In this document: in pieces, positions 1 to 11,800 of the stretch
How the letters are laid out: each line of letters opens with the position of its first letter
How positions within the stretch are numbered: position 1 is the stretch's first letter
Assembly: GCA_030390025.1 (NCBI GenBank)
Contig: CM059431.1
Span: 111,540,001-111,604,000, forward strand
Source: Squalus acanthias
Lineage: Eukaryota
Length of the DNA: 64,000 bases
Direction: 5' to 3'
Made by a program: the position numbers and the translations under genes
Notes under the pieces: model-generated
The model's database searches: none
What the model saw: the letters and a program-made list of their open reading frames with translations, nothing else
What the model was told of the DNA's origin: nothing

Positions 1-151
1 CAGTTGAAGGTAGTATCAATTGCTGGTTCAAGGTGACATTTTTAGCATTACCACAAGAAGCAGAGAAGATCCTATCAAAGAGAGGACAAAAAGTCACTTG
101 AACTGGCATCAAGATGACTCCCCAAAGCCTTTCCACCTTAAACATTCACCG

Positions 152-673
152 CATTTATTGCCCATCCCTAGTTGCCCTTGAGAAGGTGGTGGTGAGCCGC
201 CTTCTTGAACCGCTGCAGTCCGTGTGGTGAAGGTACTCCCACAGTGCTGTTAGGGAGGGAGTTCCAGAATTTTGACCCAGCGACGATGAAGGAACAGTGA
301 TATATTTCTAAGTCAGGATGGTGTGTGACTTGGAGGGGAACTTGGAGGTAGTGGTGTTCCCATGCGCCTGCTGCCCTTGTCCTTCTAGGTGGTAGAGGTT
401 GCAGGTTTGGGAGGTGATGCCGAAGAAGCCTTGGCGAGTTGCTGCAGTGCATCTTGTAGATGGTACACACTGCAGCCACGGTACGCCGGTGGTGGAGGGA
501 GTGAATGTTTAGCCAATCAAGCGGGCTGCTTTGTGCTGGACGGTGTCGAGCTGCTTGAGTGTTGTTGGAGCTGCACTCATCCAGGCAAGTGGAGAGTATT
601 CCATCACACTCCTTACTTGTGCCTTGTAGATGGTGGAAAGGCTTTGGGGAGTCGGGAGGTGAGACACTTGCCA
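152..673 (-). mobile_element. LINE 3' fragment, CR1-group family B (MEYSPLAW...AARLIG...WNSLPNS); other copies at about 9304-9875(-), 14759-14850(+), 47125-47690(-), 54549-54920(+), 56283-56551(-)
   Basis: Near-identical ORF2 C-terminal translations and a shared 3' end (CACCACCACCTTCTCAAGGGCAATTAGGGATGGGCAATAAATG) recur through the window. Confidence 0.8.
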
Positions 674-847
674 CAGTTGTCCCTCTGAGTCAACAGTACA
701 CGTCCTGCCAGGCTTTCCCAAGTACAGCTGCCGAGACCCATCAGGGTAGAGCTGGCGGCACCAGAATGGCGCAATGCTGCTCGTGTGAGCGTTTGTTGTG
801 AGCAGTGATTCGAGCATGGTACCGCTGCCGCTATACTGCGGTACAAG

Positions 848-1298
848 CAGCCATGGCTCAGTGGGTAACGCTCTCGCCTCTGAGTCAGAAGGTTGTGGGT
901 TCAAGTCCCACTCCAGGGTCTTGAGCACAAAATCTTGGCTGACACTCCAGTACTGAGAGAGCGCTGCACTGTTGGAGCTGTCGTCTTTTGGATGAGACAT
1001 TAAACCGAGATTCCGTCTGCTCTCAGGTGGACGTAAAAGTGGCACTGTTTGAAGAAGACCAGAGGAGTTGTCCCTGGTGTCCTGGCCAATATCCCTCAAC
1101 CAACATCACAAAAACAGATTATCTGGTCATTATCACATTGCTGTTTGTGGGACCTTGCTGTGCGCAAATTGGCTGCCGCGTTTCCTACTTTACAACAGTG
1201 ACTACACTTCAAAAGTACTTCATTGGCTGTAAAGCGCTTTGAGATGTCCTGAGGTCGTGAAAGGCGCTATAGAAATGCAAGTCTTTCTTTCTTTTTTT
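848..1298 (+). mobile_element. tRNA-headed DeuSINE (SacSINE1-like); other copies at about 5401-5860(-), 12814-13835(+, interrupted), 15817-16267(-), 28385-28728(-, old), 29858-30307(-), 36061-36245(-), 56120-56720(-, interrupted)
   Basis: A box TGGCTCAGTGG, B box GGTTCAAGTCC, Deu-domain-like core (TTGCTGTGCGCAAATTGGCTGCCGCGTTTCC), tail GGCGCTATA(T/G)AAATGCAAGT. Confidence 0.8.
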
Positions 1299-1705
1299 TA
1301 CTACAGCAGTTAAAGGTCCTATGACTGAACTCGAGGATGTCCTGCATAGGAACACAAGGGAATGTGTTGGGAGTATCTCGCAGTAAGAAAAGGCAGCAGC
1401 AATAAAGAGAGAACACTGCATTCGGTAGGAAGATGGGATGAGAGAAATAAGAGCCAAAAAAGTACACTTAAGCTGACACAGGAGAATTTCAGATACAAAA
1501 AAAAAACTTAAAGCACAGCAGTCTGAGAAAAAGAAACTGGAGAGAAAAATAACTGAAAGACAAAAAAAGAGAGAGTATGGAATAATTATACTGGAGAAGA
1601 AAGATACAAGAGTCAGAGGAAAGATAAGCAACAGGGAGAGGAGGAAATCAAAGGAGAGGACAAGCGTGGAGCTGCAGTTGTTTAAATGTTAAAATTAGAA
1701 TGTAA

Positions 1706-1739
1706 TGTCACCATCTGCTGGCCACCAAATGCTACTGCA
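1706..1739 (-). promoter_or_regulatory. Candidate CTCF site with upstream module
   Basis: Minus strand reads TGCAGTAGC-N6-TGGCCAGCAGATGGTGACA. Confidence 0.45.
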
Positions 1740-1846
1740 TAGAAAAAAGTCTTTGCTTTGGCCTAAAGTTCTCTATTTTTGAAAGGAATAGGGTCATTTC
1801 ATGAGCAGGGAAAATTAATCTGTTATTTTTCTTCTGCGCCTCGTTA

Positions 1847-2599
1847 CCTCTCTTTCCTCCTTTGAGACACTCCTTAAAACCTACCTCGGTGACCTGTCCT
1901 AATATCTCCTTATGTGGGTCTGTGTCAAATTTTGATTGATAACAACAACAACAACTTGTATTTATATAGCGTCTTTAACGTAGTAAAATGTCTCAAGGTG
2001 CTTCACAGGAGCGTTATAAGACAAAAATTTGACACAGAGTTACATAAAGAGTAATTAAGGCAGATGGACAAAAGCTTGGTCAAAGAGGTAGGTTTTAAGG
2101 AGCATCTTAAGGAGGAAAGAGAGGTAGCGAGGCGGAGAGGTTTAGGCAGGGAATTCCAGAGCTTAGGGCCTAGGCAACAGAAGGCACGTCCACCATTGGT
2201 GGAATGATTATAATCAGGGCTGCTCAAGAGGGCAGAATTAGAGGAGCGCAGATATCTCGGGGGGGGTTGTGGGGCTAGAGGAGATTACAGAGATAGAGAG
2301 GGGCGAAGCCATGGAGGGATTTGAAAACAAGGACGAGAATTTTGAAATCGAGGCGCTGCTTAACCGGGAGCCAATGTAGGTCAGCGAGCACAGGGGAGAT
2401 GGGCGAACGGGACTCGGTGCGAGTTAGGACACGGGCAGCTGAGATGTGGATCACCTCAAGTTTACGTAGGGTGGAATGTGAGAGGCCAGCCAGGAGTGCG
2501 TTGGAATAGTCAAGTCTGGAGGTAACAAAGGCTTTTGTGAAGACACTTGGGACGTTATACTACGTTAAAGGTGCTGTATAAATGCAGGTTGTTGTTGTT
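1847..2599. mobile_element. L2-like LINE 3' end (+) interrupted by an antisense L2 copy (1941-2532); other L2 copies at about 15237-15450(+), 19201-19927(-), 21770-22062(-), 36300-36795(-), 42876-43355(+), 57781-58312(-), 59801-60407(-)
   Basis: ORF2 C-terminus [10 protein letters not shown]...LHWLPV..RLDFKIL...GGRAFS...WNSLP and a (GTT)n tail. Confidence 0.85.
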
Positions 2600-2717
2600 C
2601 TTACCCTGAAGCGACACATGATAAACCTACAAATCCTACCTCAGCAGTACTAAATGATTAAGGGCCGTTCTTCTTTGGATTTTTGTGTCAGCGAGGTAAT
2701 TCAAAAAGAACTCTTAC

Positions 2718-2876
2718 CAAGGTCCACCAGGATGGCGTGTTGCTGAGTAGTCAGCTGTTTCAAAAGTTCCTTGTATGAAATATCTCCAGGTTGCTGTTTC
2801 TCCGGTAACCGGTGTCTCAAGTGATACTGCTCAGCCAAGAATTGCCAGATCTCTCCTCTCCGACCCTTTGGGACAC
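2718..2876 (-). CDS. TBC1D4: TBC1D4 exon, start of TBC/Rab-GAP domain ([18 protein letters not shown]...[12 protein letters not shown])
   Basis: 159 bp, tggcag|GT ... CTTG|gtaaga, phase 1-1. Confidence 0.95.
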
Positions 2877-5800
2877 CTGCCACACAAAGGCACCCTCTTT
2901 AAAAGCAGATCGCAGCACGCACTGCAACTTGTACTTCCAACTCCACACCCTCATGTTGTGCAATAACAAACAACTAGTAATAAATGAATTCACTTGTTTT
3001 CATGGAGAAATGTGAGAAGTCGCACAACACCAGGTTATAGTCCAACAGCTTTATTTGAAATCACAAGCTTTCGGAGCGCTGCTCCTTCGTCAGGTGAAGG
3101 AGCAGCGCTCCGAAAGCTTGTGATTTCAAATAAACCTGTTGGACTATAACCTGGTGTTGTGCGACTTCTCACATTTGTCCACCCCAGTCCAACACCGGCA
3201 TCTCCGCATCATGGAGAAAGGAATCGAAGGATATGTTGATGGGGTGAGGTGAGGTAGGGTGGGAGGAGGCTCATGTGGAGCATAAACACCGGCACAGACC
3301 AGCTGGGCCGAATGGCCTGTTTCTGTGCTGTAAATTCTATGTAATTCTTTTTGACATTTTGGATTTCATTTAACAGGAAGGAGACCTTTCAGGGCTCATT
3401 TTTAAATTAAATGGTTAGACAGGATATGGTCAATTTTAATTTGTTTACATCTTTATTTTTGTTATGCATTTTATTCCACCAATTTTCTGCCTTTACAATT
3501 CTATGAACATCTTTGTAGAAATGACGATTGCTGCGATCCGAGGGGAGGCGAGGAGGAGTCCGATACTGTGGGAGACACAGTTAGTAATCAAGCACTGACC
3601 TTGACTAAGAGCAGTGTGAACCTTCTCCATGTCAACCTTCACCTTCGCCCTTCCCGGAGTGGTTAGCATTTTATCCCAAATGGCAGACACCTCTTTTTGG
3701 CAAAGCACAAACTCTTCGTAGTCCAATTTCACTTTTCTGGCCTGAAGTTCGTCCCTGCTTGCTGTAATTTTACATTTAAAAAAGTCCATCAAATTAATAA
3801 TTCAGGAACCGTACAGCAGCACAGTATTCAAACAGTACATCTCTCCTCCTCGTTCCCGAGCAATAACTACAGCTGAGCAAGGCCTGAGCAGATTACGGTC
3901 ACTTGGACGCCTGCCTCCTCTCCTAAAGGGGTTGCTTCAGGCCGAGTTGCGGCAGCATAGTTGCCAGCTGCCCTTGCGGCAGCTCGGCCATGCCACCAGT
4001 CTTCACGTGTGAGCTGGCAGCCAACTATTGACCCGTGGGACGGGGCAGTGCAGCCAGGTTCGATCGTGCTCTCACTCAACACGTGCACTTCCGGCAAAGG
4101 GTGACTGTGAGCACTGGATAGCGACCAGGGGTGACGACCAATGCTCCCGTTGCGTTGCGCGGCCGCACAGCGGTCTGGAGGTCCCGCGCAGCCGGCTCAC
4201 CGGCTTTTAAATGGAAAAACTGCTCAGGCGCGGAAATTTGAGTGGGCCGCGCGGCCCGTTAAAGGGGCCACGCACCCAAAAAAAAAAAATGAGAGGGAAC
4301 ATTGGTGACGTTTACTTCTATCACTTGTAGGGGGTTGCCCCTGTGATTTTTCTCCCCGGTTGCTGGCAGCAGTGTCCTGGAGATTAGTCTTTAATTCCGG
4401 GAGACTCCAGGGCAATCCGGGCGGGTTGGCGACCCTGCTCACTTGGCCAGGAGATGCTGAGGCCAACTGCAGCGTGACCGACTATCAGTACAGACTGCTG
4501 ATCACAGATGGGGGCCTTGCTGGTCGAATCGGTTATCACGCGAGACAGCGCATCTGCTGCCTTCTCAGGACTTGCCGATCAATTATTTTTAACCCTCGTT
4601 TCACTGACGGAAACCAGGACCGAAAGCCTGCATTCCTTCTATTCACCGGGAGCATAAGCTTTGCTAAAAGCTCTTAAGATTTTCTGTGCGGGAGCCGGAA
4701 ACACTCTGTGCCTCTCTGTTTGCAATTGCGGTTGGTAACTCTTAACACTAAACGTGCGGGCTGATTCCACCATCAGGTGCTCCCAACTAGCAAGGCGTGC
4801 TGGTCAAAAACATTCATAAAGTTGCCAGGCCACCAGGCCTGTTGCACTGCCACACCTTGTCAGTTTCTATTCCCATTAAAAAGGCTCCTTTACAATCATT
4901 CACTCGCAGGGCTCGACATTAGAATGGAACTGCTCTTACCTTCTACCAAAGGCACCATATTTGAAAAGAACTGAAATCTCCTCGACAGCATTAAGAATGT
5001 GACAGTATAACAGTCGTCAATTACATGTGATATCAGGAAACTTGAGATTAGCTTTGCAACAAAACATGATTTAAACAGATTACATATCGACTACTTGAGG
5101 AGAAATGATGGCTTTATTGCTCAAAAGAACAAGATCAATGCAGGGCTTATTATATCCTTGGACCACGATAGATTCAACTGTCTGTCTGTCCCGAGGGTCC
5201 CATCACTACAACTGGATGGCGCATCCCATGTTATATAAATATATAGTGCAATACTGATGTCCTCCCATAGATTCCACCAGTGCATTTAGTGCACACCAAG
5301 TCTTGGAAAGGCTATCAGAAAGACTGAACAGGTTGGGGCTCTTTTCTCTAGAAAGGAGAAGTCAGAGGGGTGACCTCATAGAGGGCCTTAAAATCATGAA
5401 AAAGACTTGCATTTATATAGCGCCTTTCACGTCCACCGGACGTCTCAAAGTGCTTTACAGCCAATGAAATCCTTTTGAAGTGGTGTCACTGTTGCAATGT
5501 GGGAAATGCAGCAGCCAATTTGCGCACAGCAAGCTCCCACAAACAGCAATGTGATAATGACCAGATCATCTGTTTTTGTTATGTTGGTTGAGGGATAAAT
5601 ATTGGTCAGGACACTGGGGATAACTCCCCTGCTCTTCTTCGAAATAGTGGCCATGGGATCTTTTACATCCACCTGAGAGAGCAGACGGGGCCTCGGTTTA
5701 ACGTCTCATCCGAAAGACGGCACCTCCGACAGTGCAGCACTCCCTCAGCACTGCACTGGAGCGTCAGCCTAGCTTTTTATGTGCTCTGGAGTGGGACTAT

Positions 5801-8800
5801 GAACCCACAACTTTCTGACTCAGAGGCGAGTGTGCTACCAACTGAGCCACAGCTGACACTGTAAAGTGAAGGGGTTTGATAGGGTAGACTTAGAGAGGAT
5901 GTTTCCATTTGTGGGGGGGAATCCAAAACTAGGGGTCATAAATATAAGAGAGTCACTAATAAATCCAATAGGGAATTCAGGAGAAACTTCTTTACCCGGG
6001 GAGTGGTTAGAATGTGGAACTCACTACCACATGGGGTGGTTGAAGCGAATAGCAGAGATGCATTTAAGGGGGAGCTAGATAACTACATGAGGGAGAAAGG
6101 AATAGGAGGATATGCTGATAGGATGTGATGAAGTAAAGTGGGAGGAGGCTCGTGTGGAGCATAAACACCGCCATAGACCAGTTGGGCCGAATGGCCTGTT
6201 CCTGTGCTGTAAAATCCATGTAAAATCATAGATTCCCAAGAATGCTAATGCTATCTACAAGCAGAAGGTCATTACTGCATCAACCTTGACTTCAGTTTGA
6301 CTCCACAAGTCTGATATTGGATTCATAAGAATTGGATCTGGTGGTCTGAATGGATTCTTGGCTTCAGAATGCTAGATTAATTAGTGCTTTCGATTAAGCA
6401 TTGTACGGCCCATTTTGCATGGGCGATGAAACCTATACTTTGCAAAAGAAAAAATCTCCACCTTCGTGTCCTGATGTCAAACTGAGTATCACTGCCTATT
6501 GATATCAATTAGCAAGCAAGAGTATCAATTATTTTCTCTAGTCTTCAGTGATTCAGTCCCAGTGTGTAATAAAAAGGAATGTAACGAACCCATTCATGCC
6601 TCTTCATTCTAAAACTGCGATACATGCACTTGAAAAGCAATAGCGCATCCAAGAGCAGTGTACTTGCTGAATGTGTGCAGTCATGCGTTGCTCCACCCTC
6701 TCACAGAACATTACTGTCGGGATCAAACCCCACTGAAGCATCAAACAGCTGCACGGGAGCACTCCCTTTATCACAGAGCAGAAGCGTAGCTGCATTCTGT
6801 GAGACACGACAGACCCCCCCCCCACCCCCACCCCATCCGCCCCCCACCCCCGAGGTTCGATTTGAAATTATGTTCTTAATCGCGGTGCCCCCGCTATATC
6901 CTGCTGTTGAGGCGGTGAATGAAGCGTGTTTGTTGGGTTCTATGCAATGTTGCCACAGCCCAGTCTTGATTCCTCTCATGGGATCACAGCAGATAGCTCC
7001 AGGTGAGGAGCCAGCACTGGCACAAGCATGATGAACTGCACCCTTCTCTACTGTCATTTCTATCAGCCAATTAGAAGGAGCTGCAGACCATTGGCTTGTC
7101 ATTGCTTACAACAGCAGCGATGGTGTTACAATTCTTGCACCAACCATCAGCCTGATAAATATACATTCGCGTTTTTGGGCGGCCAACTGATCGGCAGCAC
7201 GTAGATGAGGCCCAGGGCTCAAAATACCCCGAGCCTGGCCCTGAAACTTAGGCCGGCGAGTGCGATTTGCACTCATCCCACCCCTAGTTCCCGGCCGAGA
7301 TTCCTGCCGAAGTTACGGTGGGAATATTTTTGCAGCCAGTGTTTTTTTTAACCCGTCATAAGAAAGCACTTTCCTACTTATCACAGTCAGCAAACAGGTG
7401 GAATGTGCTCAGAGCTTGGGAAATGAATAATAAAATAATACCGGCAGGATAGCTGACTCAAGCACTGGAACACTCGTCATTTCAGCAACTGGGCGCAGAG
7501 ATAGGGGCAGGCACATGTAGAGGGGTGTTTTGGTTTATGGCTAATTTTAGTGCATTATTTGAGAACATTTTAAAACAATGTGTATCACGTTGTCAATTTA
7601 ACTTCTAAAAGCATTTAGTCATGGCCGCTGAAAGAAACTGGAGCAGAATATTTTGAACAATTTGATTGGTCGGTTTGCAAATGGTAGCTCTGATTGCTGG
7701 GGTTTGTTCCTGATTGGTGCTACCTGCTGTGTGAGTGGATCCCTTCACAGTCAGTACAACTGGAGTTTGACTGACTGAAATAATCGGTGTCTGTGAAGTT
7801 GCCAATCATGAGGTGAAGCTGCGATTCTTTTACAGCGTGATGCCTGTGAAGTCCCACACTCTTGAGTTGCAATGCCTTCAAATAAAATGCAATACTGCAG
7901 CACAAACATGCACAAGATGCAAAACTTAATTACTCGGATACAGTGGCCCAGATTTTGCAGTCAGCGGCGAAGGGGCAGCGCTCGCCGCTGACCTGGAAGA
8001 AAGCTGCCCACAAACTTTTAGCGGGCTCTGGGGCATCAATTTCACCTTTTCTGACATTAATTTCATTCTGGCGCCACCTATAGGGGATCTCTGGCGTCCA
8101 GCAACAGTAATGCCATCAAGCAGGCTAAGCAGCCAATCACATCGGAGAAATCTCACAGACAGCAAACCAGGAAGTAACAAGCAGCTTTTATCATTCACTT
8201 TTTATAATTTTACAGAAAACAAAATAAAGATTGTGATATACACATGGGATTAAGGTAGAAACTGAACTATCATAAACAAACTTTAAAAAAACAAATAAAA
8301 ATTAATTTTTATTATTTTAAAAATCTATGGAATTGTTATCATAATGGAGAAAATGACAATCTGCGAATATAAAATTAGTTTTTCAGGGTCAGAGAGGTTG
8401 TTCAGCACTAATTATGACTTAGTATGCCGTTAAAAACTCAGTTACACTTCAGTCAACAAGGCTTAACTTTTTCAAGGGTTTTTATAGCGAGAAGAGAGCT
8501 TAAATTCAATGATTTTAATTGATTTCCATCTGTGAGGACTGGAACAGCGCACCCTGTGGAGGAGCAGGGTATCACTGACAGCAACTTCAGGATTTCCACG
8601 TTTAAATGAGTATGTGCAGACTCCAGAAGTTGCTGTCAGTTTTATACAGTGATGACGGAGAACGCTGACAGTTTCGTCGTCGTTACAACCGCAAATTCCG
8701 GGCCATGAAGTACTACTCTTGCTACCCTGCCAGGGCCAGTGTGTGGTGCGTGCACTGCAGGTTTAGTGAATTGGAGCTGGACATCCTGCCCACCGGCAGC

Positions 8801-11800
8801 CTGACCTTGTTTCCAAGGCAACACGTGGTTTGGGGATAAGCTCAAAAGGCTTCAGTCACTGCAACCGACCCTGAGCCAGGATGAAGGGAGGCGAGATTCC
8901 CTGACTATTCATTTAATTATTAATTTAACACCATTTTTTTACAATATAAACCGTACCCTCATGAGAACAACCATCAGGGAAATTTCAATGAGGCTTCACT
9001 CCCAGCTTAGAGTCTCACATTGACGGCAGCATGCGGTCAGTGTATCTGATTGACAGCATTTTTGACTTTTTGGTGATTGGAATAAGTCCTCCAAGAATGG
9101 AGCAGAGCCTTGCAAACTTGACTCTTGTATATTTTTATTAAAAAATAAAGCAAGCAGCTCTTAAGTACAAGAGTGTGTGAAGGGATTTATCAGAATAGGT
9201 TGCCGCTGAAATCTATACTCAACGTGAAAAGTAAGTGACATCCGGATTTCTCATTGAATTAAACACTCTTTCAGTTGATCGTTTCAGGCTCAATAGAATT
9301 TTTTTTAATTTATTCATTCCTGGGATGTGGGGGTCTCTGTCAAGGCCAGCATTTATTGCCCATTCCTAATTGCCCTTGAGAAGGTGGTGGGTGAGCCGCC
9401 TTCTTGAACCGCTGCAGTCCGTGTGGTGAAGGTACTCCCCACAGTACTGTTAGGGAGGGAGTTCCAGGATTTTGACCCAGAGACGATGAAGGATCGGCGA
9501 TATACTTCCAAGTCAGGATGGTGTATGACTTGGAGGGGAACTTGGAGGTGGTGGTGTTCCCATGCGCCTGCTGCCCTTGTCCCGCTAGGTGGTAGAGGTC
9601 GTGGGTTTGGGAGGTGCTGCCGAAGAAGCCTTGGCGAGTTGCTGCAGTGCATCTTGTAGATGGTACACACTGCAGCCACGGTGCGCCGGTGGTGGAGGGA
9701 GTGAATGTTTAAGGTGGTGGATGGGGTGCCAATCAAGCGGGCTGCTTTGTCCTGGATGGTGTCGAGCTTCTTGAGTGTTGGAGCTGCACTCATCCAGGCA
9801 AGTGGAGAGTATTCCATCACACTCCTGACTTGTGTCTTGTAGGTGATGGGGAGTCAGAAGGCCACAGAATACCCTAAGAACTGCTTGTCCTCAATGCATC
9901 AGGTTAATTCCAATATGTTATTTGTATAAATCTTGAATTCAATCTCACCCAACCCTTTGATATTCATAGTTAAGCATTGTATCATTAGAGACAACCGTCA
10001 ACGTTTTCACAAGAGCAGCGGAATTTTCGGGAGGGGGGAAGGGAAGTCCGCTCCTGTACGAATATGAGAGAGAAAGAGAGAAGGAGCAGTTTCTATTGTT
10101 TTGAGGTCAGGGATGACAATTTTTGATGACCCCTTGCCTAAAATATACATGTATTTTTTTTCATTTTGTCAATTTTATAGATCTCATCTGCACTCCAAAC
10201 ATTCCTTGAGTGAAAAGAGACAGAGGCCTGGAAATTGGTTCTCACCCGAAATTCGGCCCGAATTAAACCCAGCGATGGCAACAACTGCCATGTCAAAGCT
10301 GATGCAAGAGGTTCACGTAAAATTGGTCCTCAGGAGCCATCAGGACGGGACTGGCCAAAGGGAGGGAGGGAGGGTCGGGCAGTGTCCGACAACAGTCCGC
10401 AGTTTCAACATGGAGCCAGGAGGAGGATTCCTGTTCCTCTTGGCTCCTCATTCTGGTAATCCTTTTTTAAAAAATATAAACTTACCATCCTGGTGGCAGT
10501 CCCCAGTGGCCCCTTTAAGGACCGTTGGTTTGGCTGCGATAGGCCCGAGAAAACTGGCCACATTGGTCGATCGCAATTGAATTTTTGGAAAGGGGCCTGA
10601 AGCGAGCGTTAGGCCATGGATTTGCATCGGAAATGGGCCTAATATGTGCCTGGGAGCGCCCTAACCAATCCTGGCGCGGAATGAGCACGTGTGCCATTTT
10701 GGACCCATCAGCGCCTGTTTCTTCCCCAGAGGTGTTTTGAGGAACAATTCTCCCTCTGATACAATTTGGAAACTCAAATGCATTATATCCACGACAGGTA
10801 TTTTAATGATCATTAACAATACATTTCATATTTCTGTGAGAACTAACCTTCCAGCCTTTGATTTTCCTTCTCCATCCGAAGCAATAGGATCTGCTGACAG
10901 ATGGCTTTCCTCCACATGATGCGCAGCTCCTCCGAGGATTGTTTCTTCTTCTCCCCAACTTGGAAGTCATCCGCTATCAGCAGAGAGGCCAAGGGGTCCT
11001 CCTCCACAGCTGGCGCGAGTGGAGAAAGAGGTGGCAACTCAATGCCGCCAAAACGATCTACAGAAATAGAAAATCCGATCTGGTTATGCCAACCATCTGG
11101 CCTGAGAAAAACACAACACAGACATGCGTCTCCGGGATCATGTTTATACAAGAACGCAAGAAATCACAGAATGCAAAGAGGCCATTCATCATGCCCGTTT
11201 CGTCTCTGCCCCAGTTACTTCAATTGTGGGCAAGTTGCACAAAATTCTTCCCTGATCCTCAAAAAAGTAATCAAGCAAAACCATTGTGTTTTGTTAACCT
11301 TCAATCCCATTCCTTGTAGAGAGAACAACGGTCAATGGTGACTCTTCAATGTCAATCGCTTAATTCGTACTCCACCCACTATTTCAAGATCATGGGATAA
11401 GTTTTCATCTTCACCGCCTGTGGTAATCTAGTGGAGCAGATTGCCCACCCATGGTAGAACCCCCCTGAATTCATACCCCGTCAGGTTATGTCCGTTTGTC
11501 TATGTCGACCATTTCAGACTGGCGCCTGCAAACCGTCTGCCCACGATTCTGGCACACTGTACCTTCCAATGTTCCTTTCTGCTGCATGGCTGCAGAGGAC
11601 TTGTTCATTGGCGAGGCAACACGTAGGAAGATCCGCTGGCGCCACGAAATCCGACGAGGAGTGAATACAATCCCTCCCCCGCTCAATGACTCGGTGCTGC
11701 AGCCAGAAAAGGCCCTTCTCCTGCCTTCACCATCACTGAAGCATAAAAGGGAAAAGCATTTAGAGACAAATGCCAAAACTAAAAAGGGTTGAATTCTTAG

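Noticed and set aside
848..920. tRNA genes at SINE heads (also near 12817, 18630, 46400)
   Set aside because: They run directly into SINE bodies and are not stand-alone tRNAs
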